A stretch of DNA of 64,000 bases. Origin: Minisyncoccia bacterium. Lineage in GTDB: Bacteria; Patescibacteriota; Minisyncoccia; Phycocordibacterales; UBA6065. The position numbers were made by a program, and so were the translations under genes. The first letter of the stretch is position 1. The number at the start of each line of letters is the position of its first letter. Below, piece by piece: positions 8,409-18,238 of this stretch. The stretch spans positions 8,047 to 72,046 of the forward strand of contig JBIIJY010000002.1 of NCBI GenBank assembly GCA_044233485.1. The letters run 5' to 3'. The notes under the pieces are model-generated. The model saw only the letters and a program-made list of their open reading frames with translations, ran no database searches and was not told the origin of the DNA.

Positions 8409-10454
8409 TTATATATCGAGGTTCGCTTTGTGAGCGTTGGACTGAATGAAGGACTTTCGGGCTGGAACATCGGTACCCATGAGCATATCGAATATCTTAT
8501 CTGCTTCAACGGCATCGTCAATTGACACCTGCTTGAGCACACGACGAGCTGGATCCATGGTAGTCTCCCACAATTCATCAGCATTCATCTCACCGAGACC
8601 CTTGTATCGCTGAACATTCACTTTTGCTTTACGTGGCGTTTTACCTTCCACTTCTTCCTCTTCTTGCACTTCGGTGTCAGAACTTTCTACTTCGATTTCA
8701 GTCTTTCCGAGAACTTTTGCTTTTTCTTCTTCAGAATAAAAATAGAGAATTTCTTTTCCTCGCTTTACTTTGTAGAGTGGCGGTTGAGCAATGTAGATAA
8801 AGCCGCCATCAATGAGTGGTCGGAAATATCGATAGAGCAGAGTGAGGATCAGGGTTCGAATATGTGCACCGTCCACGTCCGCATCGGTAGCAATGATGAT
8901 TTTGTGATAACGAAGTTTTGAGAGATCAAAGGTGTCTCCAATCGCTGTCCCCATCGCGATGACGAGATTACGGATCTGCTCTGAGCCAAGCATACGATCA
9001 AGTCGTGCACGCTCGATGTTCAAGATCTTTCCTCGTAGTGGCAGCACCGCTTGTGTACGTCGATCACGTCCCTGCTTAGCCGTCCCTCCCGCTGAATCTC
9101 CCTCCACAATAAACACTTCAGACTCTTCGGCAGAGCGTGACTCACAGTCAGCGAGCTTTCCCGGCAGAGTCATACCTTCAAGCACCCCTTTTCGTAGCAC
9201 TGAATCCTTAGCTGCTTTTGCTGCTTTTCGCGCCTTCATCGCAAGGACTACTTTTCCGACAATTGCCTTTGCATCATCAGGATTTTCTTCCAAGAAAACA
9301 TTGAATGCCTCACTGAAGACCGACGCGACTGCGCCTTGCGCTTCCACAGAACCAAGCTTGGCTTTTGTCTGTCCTTCAAATTGAATCTCGCGAAGCTTGA
9401 CCGAGACTACCGCAGTGAGACCTTCGAGCACATCGTCACCAGTGAAACTATCATCTTCACCTTTTACCAAGTTATTTTTCTTGGCATAGGTGTTGAGCGT
9501 TCGAGTCAATGCGGTTTTGAAACCAGTAATATGCGTACCACCCTCAGGGTTATAGATATTGTTAGCAAAAGCAGAGATACGCGATGGAATATCATCGACA
9601 TACTGAAGGGCGATTTCCACAGACTCCACTCCTTCAACCTGCTTCTCTACATAAAATACATTCTTGTGAACTGGCTTCTGGAGATTATTATTAAAACGGA
9701 CGAGTGAAGCAAGTCCACCTTCAAAATAAAACGTATATGATGGCGCCTCGAGGCCCGCGTCAGTGAGATAGTATGAATCAACGAGGTCTGGAACTTTTGC
9801 AGCGTCTACTGTACGCGCATCAACCACTGTGATCCGCAATCCACGAACGAGATATGCCTGCTGACGAACATGGTTTACGACACGATGAAAATCGAAAACT
9901 TGATGACCGAAAATTACTTCATCAGGTTGAAAAGTAACGATTGTACCGTGCGCTTTGGATGCGCCGATTTTTTTTGTCTGAGTTTTAACCTTTCCTTGTG
10001 AGTACTCCTGGAAATAGTGCCCGCCGTCTTTATGTACATCGACTCGACAGTACACTGAAAGGGCATTGACCACCGACGCACCCACACCGTGAAGACCACC
10101 AGACACTTTATAACCACTTCCCTCACCACCGAATTTTCCTCCGGCATGAAGAACTGTCATGATGGTCTCGAGAGCTGAAACCTTTGTCTGCTTGTGCACA
10201 TCCACCGGGATACCTCGACCATTATCAACCACACGCACCTTCTCACCAGGTAAAAGCACGATCTCGATACGGTCGGCATGGTTTCCCATCGCTTCATCAC
10301 GAGAGTTGTCAAAAATTTCCCAAATAAGGTGATGAAAACCGTCTGGCCCAGTCGTACCGATGTACATTCCGGGGCGCTTTCGTACTGGCTCAAGACCCTC
10401 AAGAACTTGGATCGAATCCGCACCGTAATTACCTTTTTCTTTCTCTTTTGCCAT
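8409..10454 (-). CDS. gyrB: DNA gyrase subunit B
   Basis: N-terminus YGADSIQVLEGLEPVRKRPGMYIGTTG, GHKL ATPase, Toprim and C-terminal motifs (LYKVKRGKE, GLGEMNADELWETTMDP). Confidence 0.95.
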   Translation of the reverse strand: MAKEKEKGNYGADSIQVLEGLEPVRKRPGMYIGTTGPDGFHHLIWEIFDNSRDEAMGNHADRIEIVLLPGEKVRVVDNGRGIPVDVHKQTKVSALETIMTVLHAGGKFGGEGSGYKVSGGLHGVGASVVNALSVYCRVDVHKDGGHYFQEYSQGKVKTQTKKIGASKAHGTIVTFQPDEVIFGHQVFDFHRVVNHVRQQAYLVRGLRITVVDARTVDAAKVPDLVDSYYLTDAGLEAPSYTFYFEGGLASLVRFNNNLQKPVHKNVFYVEKQVEGVESVEIALQYVDDIPSRISAFANNIYNPEGGTHITGFKTALTRTLNTYAKKNNLVKGEDDSFTGDDVLEGLTAVVSVKLREIQFEGQTKAKLGSVEAQGAVASVFSEAFNVFLEENPDDAKAIVGKVVLAMKARKAAKAAKDSVLRKGVLEGMTLPGKLADCESRSAEESEVFIVEGDSAGGTAKQGRDRRTQAVLPLRGKILNIERARLDRMLGSEQIRNLVIAMGTAIGDTFDLSKLRYHKIIIATDADVDGAHIRTLILTLLYRYFRPLIDGGFIYIAQPPLYKVKRGKEILYFYSEEEKAKVLGKTEIEVESSDTEVQEEEEVEGKTPRKAKVNVQRYKGLGEMNADELWETTMDPARRVLKQVSIDDAVEADKIFDMLMGTDVPARKSFIQSNAHKANLDI

Positions 10455-10500
10455 AGATGTATATACATACTAGTATATCATTTTCTGAAATCTGTCGCAT

Positions 10501-10528
10501 TTGACAGTCTCGGTCCGTATCGTAATAT
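10501..10528 (+). promoter_or_regulatory. sigma70-like promoter (TTGACA-16nt-TAATAT) for the thrS leader
   Basis: Perfect -35 hexamer at 10501-10506 and a -10-like hexamer at 10523-10528, about 290 nt upstream of the thrS ATG. Confidence 0.4.
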
Positions 10529-10535
10529 ATAGATG

Positions 10536-10810
10536 AATATGAGCACTCGTGGAATTTATTCCTCGACACGACCTAGCCCCACGCTAGGTCTTTTACTTTA
10601 CGTAGCTACTCCTCTGCGCTAGTATAGTGAGTATAGAGATTGTCATGGCTACCACCCATGATTTGTATCCACAAAGCCTCGTGCCTAATCTATACTCAAG
10701 AGACGCTTGAGCATACTCAAGCTAAAAGCCCGGTGGAACCGCGCCTGAGCGCCCGAGCATGTACACGACATTTGTCGCGTATACGCTTGGGTGCTTTTTA
10801 TTTATTAATT
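10536..10810 (+). promoter_or_regulatory. T-box riboswitch leader (Thr-specific) controlling thrS by transcription attenuation
   Basis: Conserved T-box sequence AGCCCGGTGGAACCGCG (10727-10743; consensus AGGGUGGNACCGCG). Immediately downstream, a 10-bp terminator GCGCCCGAGC...GCTTGGGTGC plus T5 (10749-10799) can form the alternative antiterminator. ACCA specifier candidate at 10651-10654. Confidence 0.65.
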
Positions 10811-10817
10811 TACTTCA

Positions 10818-12557
10818 ATGAATCACGAACAATTACCACTTATACGACACTCACTTGCTCACCTTCTCGCCAGTGCTGTACTCGCTCTCTACCCTGAGAC
10901 AAAAGTAACGATCGGCCCAGCGATCGACAATGGCTTTTATTATGACTTCGATTTTGTCACACCACCAAGCGAAAAAGACTTGGGGAAAATCGAGCAAAAG
11001 ATGCGAGAGATCGGAAAGAAGTGGGACAGATTCACCGCTCGTGAAGTCAGTGCTGAGGAAGCTCGAGCTCACTTTGCTGGTAACCAGTATAAACTTGAAC
11101 TTATTGAAGAAATCATCGCCAAAGGTGAAAAAATCACTCTCTACACATCGGGTGATTTTACTGATCTCTGCCGTGGAGGACATGTCGAGTCAATGAAAGC
11201 CGTTGATTTTTCTGGCTTTAAACTCTCACGAATCGCTGGTGCGTACTGGCGCGGCGACGAGAAAAACAAAATGCTCACGCGAATTTATGGTCTCGCTTTC
11301 TTAAGTAAGGCGGACTTGGAAGCATATGAACTCATGCTCGTAGAAGCAAAGAAACGTGATCATAAAGTATTAGGCCCAGCTCTTGATTTGTTCACTTTCT
11401 CAGACCTCGTAGGCACTGGACTCCCTCTTTGGACTCCTCGAGGTACTATCGTGAGAAACCTCCTCGACCAGTACGTATGGTTACTACGGTCACGTTATGA
11501 CTATGAGCGTGTGGAGATACCCCATATCACCAAAAAAGACCTCTACATGACGAGTGGTCATTGGGATAAATACCAAGACGACCTCTTCAAAATAAAAACT
11601 CGTGAGGGACACGAATTCGTCATGAAACCAATGAATTGTCCTCACCACACACAGATCTATGCACGTAAGCAATGGAGTTATAAAGAACTTCCACAACGTT
11701 ACGCCAATACAACCACTTGTTATCGTGATGAGCAGTCGGGAGAGCTCTCAGGACTCTCGCGAGTTCGAGCATTCGCTCAAGATGACGCTCATGTCTTCTG
11801 CCGAATGCAGGACGTTAAAGCCGAGTTTATGAAAGTTTGGGATATTATTCATGAGTTCTATCCGAAATTCGGATTGAATCTACAAGTTCGCTTCTCTCGC
11901 CGCGACCCACAGACACCAGAAAAGTATCTTGGTAGTGCCGAGCGGTGGGATATCGCTGAAAATTTCCTAAAAGAAATCTTGAGTGAGAAACAAGCAGTTG
12001 CAATTGACGGCCCTGGCGAAGCAGCGTTTTACGGGCCGAAGCTCGACTTCATGGCCAAAGATTCTCTTGGCAGAGAGTGGCAGGTGGCAACCATCCAGCT
12101 CGATTTGAACATGCCAGAACGATTTAATCTCGAGTGTGTGAATGAAAAGGGTGAGAAAGAACGTATCGTTATGATACATGCGGCAATTATGGGATCGATT
12201 GAGCGCTTCCTTTCAATCATCATTGAACATTTCGGCGGTAACTTCCCTCTCTGGCTCGCTCCGGTACAGGTAAAGATTATTCCTATACGAGAGAATCACG
12301 CTGAAGCAGCACGCACAGTAGCTGACGCTCTCGAAAAAGCAGGACTACGTGTAGATCTCGATTGTAGTGATACAGGATTTGGTAAAAAAGTACGGGAAGC
12401 AAAAGATATGAAGGTGCCATACACCATCATCATTGGCGACAAAGATATTGAGGCAGGGAAAGTCACTCTTGAGAGTCGTGATGCTGGGCAGATTGGTCAA
12501 CTCAGCGTAGACGAAGTACTCGAACGAATTACCCAAGAAATACAAAAGCGTTCATAA
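10818..12557 (+). CDS. thrS: threonyl-tRNA synthetase (lacks the N-terminal TGS domain)
   Basis: HSLAHLLASAV second-additional-domain HxxxH motif. Class II core motifs. C-terminal anticodon-binding domain. Confidence 0.9.
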   Translation: MNHEQLPLIRHSLAHLLASAVLALYPETKVTIGPAIDNGFYYDFDFVTPPSEKDLGKIEQKMREIGKKWDRFTAREVSAEEARAHFAGNQYKLELIEEIIAKGEKITLYTSGDFTDLCRGGHVESMKAVDFSGFKLSRIAGAYWRGDEKNKMLTRIYGLAFLSKADLEAYELMLVEAKKRDHKVLGPALDLFTFSDLVGTGLPLWTPRGTIVRNLLDQYVWLLRSRYDYERVEIPHITKKDLYMTSGHWDKYQDDLFKIKTREGHEFVMKPMNCPHHTQIYARKQWSYKELPQRYANTTTCYRDEQSGELSGLSRVRAFAQDDAHVFCRMQDVKAEFMKVWDIIHEFYPKFGLNLQVRFSRRDPQTPEKYLGSAERWDIAENFLKEILSEKQAVAIDGPGEAAFYGPKLDFMAKDSLGREWQVATIQLDLNMPERFNLECVNEKGEKERIVMIHAAIMGSIERFLSIIIEHFGGNFPLWLAPVQVKIIPIRENHAEAARTVADALEKAGLRVDLDCSDTGFGKKVREAKDMKVPYTIIIGDKDIEAGKVTLESRDAGQIGQLSVDEVLERITQEIQKRS

Positions 12558-12576
12558 TTGCAAACTATCACAACCT

Positions 12577-12607
12577 AAAAGAGCATCACCGAGTGATGCT
12601 CTTTTTG
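12577..12607. terminator. bidirectional rho-independent terminator between convergent thrS and the ATP-cone nuclease gene
   Basis: AAAAGAGCATCAC-CGA-GTGATGCTCTTTTTG. Perfect stem with an A-run and T-run on either side. Confidence 0.7.
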
Positions 12608-12619
12608 ACGCTCGCTTCT

Positions 12620-13474
12620 CTATTTCGAATCGAGTTCGCATACCGCCCCCGCCTCATCGAGAATCTGCCCGACTTTGTCGTCTGAATGGCCAAGATTTTT
12701 CAGAGCTTCTGTCCGTTCCTTTACATCACGGCACAGTACCATACCCTCTTTCATCAGAAGCTGCTTATCTTGTCTTGAGAGACTTGAAAGAACAGTGATC
12801 GGGTGTAGTCGAGACTCTTCAATCATATGCTGAATACTTTCTTTGTGTGGGTAACTCCACCCGACAAGCTTCATCCCCTTACACTCAGCATAGGCGATCG
12901 CTTTATCAGTGAACTTTGTATTGGTAACAAGCCACCCATCAGTAAATTCCCGTCGCTTGCCACCGAATTCATACGAATTACCTTTAATATCTTCATACCG
13001 CGCCTTTACGTAGAGAGCAGTCTTGAGGTCGGACTTAAGCCAGAACTCATTATGAAATTTCGCTTCGATAAATATGAGCTCGGTATCTGACCAGGCGACC
13101 ACGTCTATCTCGTGCTCCACACAACTCCCTTTCACGATCTGATTCGTGACCACTTCATACCCAAACGTCTTGAGTATCTCTGCAAAATATTTTTCAAAGG
13201 TAAACCCTTCTGGCCCGAGTTCAGAGAGAGCGCGCTTGAGTGAGTACTTCATCGCCGCGTGTCGCTCGAGCGTGTGCAAGAGATGGAATGCTTTATCGTG
13301 GATGTCGAAAGTCTTCTCACCTCCCACAAGACCAGCCGCGATTTCCTCGACTACCTTGAGGGCAGTCGCTTCATTGGCTCCGGCCCGTGAGAGTGAACGG
13401 AGGAGTTTTGAGGGATTAAAAATTTCTTGCGTGCCGTCAGCTTTGTAAACAATAATGGGTTTCTTTTCTTCCAT
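12620..13474 (-). CDS. ATP-cone domain fused to Mrr-like PD-(D/E)xK restriction-endonuclease-fold domain
   Basis: N-terminus KPIIVYKADGTQEIFNPSKLLRSL...ALKVVEEIAAGL is ATP-cone-like. The centre has CVEHEIDVVAW...LIFIEAKF, a D...E-x-K catalytic motif. Start at ATG 13474. Confidence 0.6.
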   Translation of the reverse strand: MEEKKPIIVYKADGTQEIFNPSKLLRSLSRAGANEATALKVVEEIAAGLVGGEKTFDIHDKAFHLLHTLERHAAMKYSLKRALSELGPEGFTFEKYFAEILKTFGYEVVTNQIVKGSCVEHEIDVVAWSDTELIFIEAKFHNEFWLKSDLKTALYVKARYEDIKGNSYEFGGKRREFTDGWLVTNTKFTDKAIAYAECKGMKLVGWSYPHKESIQHMIEESRLHPITVLSSLSRQDKQLLMKEGMVLCRDVKERTEALKNLGHSDDKVGQILDEAGAVCELDSK

Positions 13475-13511
13475 TGCCACAGTATATCGAGAAGTGGCGC
13501 TTTGTAAAAAA

Positions 13512-14588
13512 TTAGGCGATGATCCCGCCACCGACGCACACCTCACCCCGATAGATCACACACGACTGCCCAGCTGTCGCGACCTCACCTTGTTCAAGGA
13601 AATGCACCTGACACGAATTGTTACCACTCATTGTGATCCGCGCTGGGACAAGCGCCTGGCGATATCGTGTACGCACTTGATACACTTCGTCTTTTGGCGT
13701 GTGGACGTCTCGCCAGACAACATCAGTCAGCGTACACTCTGACTTCATTTGCACCTGAGGTTTATCGTGACTTACGGTGATCGTGTTTGCTTCAATGTTT
13801 TTCGCACAGACAAAATACGGCGAATCCTGTGGAGTCTTTGATGTTATCCTAAACCCGTGCCGTTCGCCGAGAGTATAAAATAGTGCACCATCATGAGTAC
13901 CGATCACCCGATCTTGCACATCAAGTACATTTCCTTTTTGCCGTTCAATATAGTGAAGTAAAAATTCCTTCATATCGATTTTGCCGACGAAACACAGACC
14001 TTGACTATCTCGCTTTTCCGCTACAGGAAGCTTGAAAGATCTCGCCAACGAGCGGACTTTTTCTTTCGGAAGGTCGCCTACCGGAAAGACACAAGAAGCG
14101 AGCTGTTCTGTCGTGAGCGTCCAGAGGAAGTACGACTGATCTTTATCTTCATCGCCTTTCAAAAGAGCAGTCACACCGTCTTCGACGCGAGTCTGAGCAT
14201 AGTGGCCTGTGGCGACAAATTCCGCTCCCTGTGCGCGAGCGTATCTGAAAAAGCCACCGAATTTTACGTACTTGTTACACATCACATCAGGATTAGGAGT
14301 TCGTCCCGCTTGATACTCGCCAATCATGTAGTCGACAACATGCTTTTTATACTCCTGTTCTAGGTCAAGGGTCACAAACGGGATATCAAGAAGAGCGGCG
14401 ACTCGCATCGCATCGAGACGATCCTGCTCGGCGGTACATGGGAACCAATCCGGTTGCCACACCTTAATAAAAACCCCTGTGACCTCCGCTCCAGCACGCT
14501 TAAGGAGAGCCGCTGACACCGAAGAGTCCACCCCGCCAGACATGCCGAGATAGACTTTTTTCCCTTTCAGATGCGCCAGAGAATTCAT
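13512..14588 (-). CDS. mnmA: tRNA-specific 2-thiouridylase MnmA
   Basis: PP-loop YLGMSGGVDSSVSAALL, then QPDWFPCTAEQD, NPDVMCNKYVKFG and a C-terminal beta-barrel domain. Confidence 0.9.
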   Translation of the reverse strand: MNSLAHLKGKKVYLGMSGGVDSSVSAALLKRAGAEVTGVFIKVWQPDWFPCTAEQDRLDAMRVAALLDIPFVTLDLEQEYKKHVVDYMIGEYQAGRTPNPDVMCNKYVKFGGFFRYARAQGAEFVATGHYAQTRVEDGVTALLKGDEDKDQSYFLWTLTTEQLASCVFPVGDLPKEKVRSLARSFKLPVAEKRDSQGLCFVGKIDMKEFLLHYIERQKGNVLDVQDRVIGTHDGALFYTLGERHGFRITSKTPQDSPYFVCAKNIEANTITVSHDKPQVQMKSECTLTDVVWRDVHTPKDEVYQVRTRYRQALVPARITMSGNNSCQVHFLEQGEVATAGQSCVIYRGEVCVGGGIIA

Positions 14589-14626
14589 AAAATACACAAT
14601 ACTTATTTCTCTAACTCTTGTCAAAA

Positions 14627-15622
14627 TTAACGAAGGTACTTATTTTTGAGCACGACATGTTCCTCGAGTGTTCGAGAAAAATGAGTTGTGCCGTTTTTTT
14701 CTGAGAGGTAGAAATAATACGTTGTCTCAATCGGGTTTACTGTCGCCCGAATCGAGCCAAGGCCAGGGTTAGTGATCGGCGCCGGCGGCAGCCCGAGATT
14801 GGCATAGGTATTAAAAGGTGATGAACTGTCACGGAGCTCGGCTTTCGTAATCGTTTCAGACAAAGTCTTACCGTTCACTTTTTGAAAGGCAGCATCAACC
14901 TGTAGTGGCCACCCTTCACGCAAGCGCTTCCACAAGAGCCCAGCAATCATTTGCCGGTCACGGACAGAACGCCCCTCATCTTCAATGATTGAAGCCATGA
15001 TTATGACGTCCTTTTGTGACTTCCCAAACTTTTTTATTTCTTCCTGTACGGTAGCAATCCGTCGATCAAAATTTGCTTTCATGAGAGCGATCACGTCTTC
15101 AACACTTGCCGTCATAGGGATTCGATACGTGTCAGGAAAGAGGTAGCCTTCGTATTTTTCCGCCTTGATGATGAACTCTTCCTTTTTTATATTTGGCACG
15201 GTCGACGAAAGTATCTCTGCTATTTCTCGAACATTTAATCCTTCACGAATCGTGACCCACCGAGTCGGTATCTGTGTATCACCACGAACAAGGCGAAGCG
15301 CCATACTAAACGCACCAATTTTCTTCGGGAAATAATATTCACCCGCTTGTATTTTCCCATTACCGAGAAGATACACCCACGCTTTAAATACGTATGGGGA
15401 CTTGATGTACGACTCTTCCTCCAGACTACGAGCTGTCCAGGCAAGCCCATCACCCCGCGCTATGGTATAGGCACCCTGAACTGGAAAGTCACTGGGGACG
15501 AGCAAGAATCCGACTATCTGAACAGATATTCCAGCGATAAGCACAAATGCCGTAATGATAAAGATGCGGGCATGGTTTGGTATCAGTCGGTAATGGTCGA
15601 GCATACGGTAAAAGATATTCAT
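14627..15622 (-). CDS. mltG: endolytic murein transglycosylase MltG (YceG-like)
   Basis: N-terminal TM helix. YceG core with YFYLSEKNGTTHFSRTLEEH signature. Confidence 0.8.
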   Translation of the reverse strand: MNIFYRMLDHYRLIPNHARIFIITAFVLIAGISVQIVGFLLVPSDFPVQGAYTIARGDGLAWTARSLEEESYIKSPYVFKAWVYLLGNGKIQAGEYYFPKKIGAFSMALRLVRGDTQIPTRWVTIREGLNVREIAEILSSTVPNIKKEEFIIKAEKYEGYLFPDTYRIPMTASVEDVIALMKANFDRRIATVQEEIKKFGKSQKDVIIMASIIEDEGRSVRDRQMIAGLLWKRLREGWPLQVDAAFQKVNGKTLSETITKAELRDSSSPFNTYANLGLPPAPITNPGLGSIRATVNPIETTYYFYLSEKNGTTHFSRTLEEHVVLKNKYLR

Positions 15623-15637
15623 GGCGGATAATCGGGA

Positions 15638-16984
15638 TTATATCGGAAGATTTGCTGGAGCGGTAGACTTCTTTGAAGGAATACGCGTGAATGTTGGTGT
15701 ACGAGCCACAGATCCTGGGAAGTGGTAGATCGTCGCCAATTCTTCGGTGGTTAAGACCATTGTTCCTTCATGTCGTTCTATTTTCTCATACCAAGAACGT
15801 AAACGGTAGGCTTCATACATACCGAGCTTATTGCCATTTGACTGTACATTCTTAAAGTCTGGCCAATACCATTTACCAGCACTCACGTCAGTATCCTTGG
15901 CAAAGCCGTTCAAGTTTACGGAATTGAACTGTTTCCACATACCTGGGCCGACAAGCCCTTTGTTTTTAAACTTACTTTTTTCAGCAATATACACGACTCG
16001 TATCCCTACTTCAAAAGCGAATTTATTAACCGCACGTTCAAGCGCTTCGATCGTCTCTTGTTGAAACTTAGTCGGACTATACCCAAAATCCTTGTCTTCG
16101 TCTTTGACTTTTAACTTCAAAATTCCGGCGGTCTTCAAATCTTCGAGAGCTTTCTTGGTCGCATCTTTGAACGGATCTTCTTCCTTCCAGATCATTTTCC
16201 AAAAATCACCAGAGAGGATCTGCCCCCAGGTCTTACCTTCTTTTGCTTTCTTTTCCCAGAAAGATGTCCACCCGCCCCAAACTTTTTTCTTACCAAGTGA
16301 GCGCACCACCATCTGCACCCAGGCATGTTCGCCACTCTTGAGCGCACCAAGCGACTCGATCAGCACCGTGAGTGGATCGATCTTTTCCTCTTCCTCTGTC
16401 CCTGGCTTGTCCATACCGTAGTCTATATAGGTCTTGATCGGCAACGGATCGGCTTTCGAAAGCTTCAGCGTATACCCTTCGAGATCGTGCTCATGTATAG
16501 AAAAAGGAACCGAAGCAGTGTAGTCGGGTACCTCATTGATTTCGATGTCCGGAAACTGCGAGTAAATCTGTACCTCAATGTTATTTTTAAGTTTCTTGGG
16601 TACATACATGTAAAATTGCACCTCGCCACCATGACTCGCCATCTCGAGCGAGAACGACGGACGGAGGGTTCCTTTGATATTTCGGTCAATCCATGTCCCC
16701 TCGCCACCAGCTTGGTGAATCGCGGTCAAGACGATTTCCATAGCTTTCGGGGTTTTGAAGGTCTCTTGCGGAAGGCGTATCTGTATACAGACCCAGTCGA
16801 TCTCGGTCATCGCTTTGAGGCGTCGCCACTTCACCCAAGATTTCCAAGTCGTCGCAATAACTGTGTAGAGTAGTACATATGGAAAGAGATACATAAAAAT
16901 ATCCGCCACTTGTGGGAACAAGACGCGTAGCTGACTCAACACTCCTTCATCAAAATAGCGCACAACGGTGTCTAACATACTCAT
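15638..16984 (-). CDS. hypothetical membrane protein (N-terminal TM helices, large soluble domain)
   Basis: Long ORF in an operon-like arrangement with mltG. No recognised motifs. Confidence 0.5.
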   Translation of the reverse strand: MSMLDTVVRYFDEGVLSQLRVLFPQVADIFMYLFPYVLLYTVIATTWKSWVKWRRLKAMTEIDWVCIQIRLPQETFKTPKAMEIVLTAIHQAGGEGTWIDRNIKGTLRPSFSLEMASHGGEVQFYMYVPKKLKNNIEVQIYSQFPDIEINEVPDYTASVPFSIHEHDLEGYTLKLSKADPLPIKTYIDYGMDKPGTEEEEKIDPLTVLIESLGALKSGEHAWVQMVVRSLGKKKVWGGWTSFWEKKAKEGKTWGQILSGDFWKMIWKEEDPFKDATKKALEDLKTAGILKLKVKDEDKDFGYSPTKFQQETIEALERAVNKFAFEVGIRVVYIAEKSKFKNKGLVGPGMWKQFNSVNLNGFAKDTDVSAGKWYWPDFKNVQSNGNKLGMYEAYRLRSWYEKIERHEGTMVLTTEELATIYHFPGSVARTPTFTRIPSKKSTAPANLPI

Positions 16985-17011
16985 AGACTAGTATACACAA
17001 GAGTTATATTT

Positions 17012-17059
17012 GTATATCAACAAAAAAGGCCGCTTGCTCCTTGAGGGAGGCAAGCGGCC
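17012..17059. terminator. bidirectional rho-independent terminator
   Basis: AAAAAAGGCCGCTTGC-TCCTTGAGGGAG-GCAAGCGGCC-GTGAAAAAG. Confidence 0.65.
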
Positions 17060-17080
17060 GTGAAAAAGATCATTCCGAAA

Positions 17081-18196
17081 CTACTGTGTGAGAAGAGCCC
17101 GAGGGTCTACCACACCTTTAAATTTGAGGAACAGGTGATAAGCCTGTGCACGGGGGAATGTGAAACTGAACTTCCCATTGCTGTCTGGCAGGATAGTCTT
17201 GTCGATACCAGACAACACATCGCGAACGACGATACTGGAAGGGACCGAGAAATACCGTCCTTCCCGCCCGAATACAGTAACGCGGGGCGAGAACGTTACT
17301 TCACCGCCCACTAGAGGCGGTGTGAGCTCAACCACTGGATACACTCCGATCACCGTTCCCGGCACATCGCCAAAAACTGAATGTGACTCCCAGAAAGTAA
17401 CTTCGGGAAACTTTATTCCTTCTCGGATGATATGAATAAATCCATCCTCAGCCGAGATTTTCCGGAGATGCAGGTCGATTTTCTCGGCCTCCGCGATGAC
17501 GGTGTGACCATTGAGGTCAATCGCAACTGCGCCAGTGAATCCACGTTGATTGACCGTCAAGACAAGTGTCCCCGAATTGAGCGAACTGACGGGAACTATA
17601 GCTCTATTGTCGACGATCGGGATCTCCAAGCTAGGCACTTGCCAATTGCCCGATAACCACCCAGCGGCCGTGATACGAGTGTTTTCGTTTCCACTGATTG
17701 CGATCGACTCAGTATTCGATGTGAATATCACAGGCGTCGGTGTTGCCACCAAACGACCATCGACTTCATTGATCTGGACAGCGGAGTATCCGCGGAAGAG
17801 AACAATCCCTTCCTTGGAGAAGAGCTCGACTCTGATCTGCACATCATAGTGCCCGTTGACTGGGGCTACCTCAACCCCGCGAATGGGGTCGTTTTGAAAG
17901 ACCCCTTCAAGAGACTGCGCTGAGCCGGGAATGTATCCCCGACTCATAAGCTCCGCGACACTGAGTCTCCTCGTCCGCTCTTCTTCCCTGCCTACAGCTG
18001 ACTGGCCGTAGACTAGGAACTCCGCCGTAGCGAAGCTCTTGAAGAGATACGACTCGACACTTGCCCTCCCGCCGACGATCACATCGAAGGGAACAATGGG
18101 TGCGCTTTGGACGCTGATCTCGGCCTTCTCCTGCGAGTAGGCCGTGGTGACGAACAAGCTTGCCACAAGGGCAAACAATGCGATGATATGTTTCAT
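17081..18196 (-). CDS. hypothetical secreted protein
   Basis: Signal peptide MKHIIALFALVASLFVTTAYSQ. AGGA 5 nt upstream of ATG 18196. Confidence 0.55.
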   Translation of the reverse strand: MKHIIALFALVASLFVTTAYSQEKAEISVQSAPIVPFDVIVGGRASVESYLFKSFATAEFLVYGQSAVGREEERTRRLSVAELMSRGYIPGSAQSLEGVFQNDPIRGVEVAPVNGHYDVQIRVELFSKEGIVLFRGYSAVQINEVDGRLVATPTPVIFTSNTESIAISGNENTRITAAGWLSGNWQVPSLEIPIVDNRAIVPVSSLNSGTLVLTVNQRGFTGAVAIDLNGHTVIAEAEKIDLHLRKISAEDGFIHIIREGIKFPEVTFWESHSVFGDVPGTVIGVYPVVELTPPLVGGEVTFSPRVTVFGREGRYFSVPSSIVVRDVLSGIDKTILPDSNGKFSFTFPRAQAYHLFLKFKGVVDPRALLTQ

Positions 18197-18238
18197 TTTT
18201 CCTGCTGATGTGTTTTGTGTTTCTGTTGACTGCGACAC

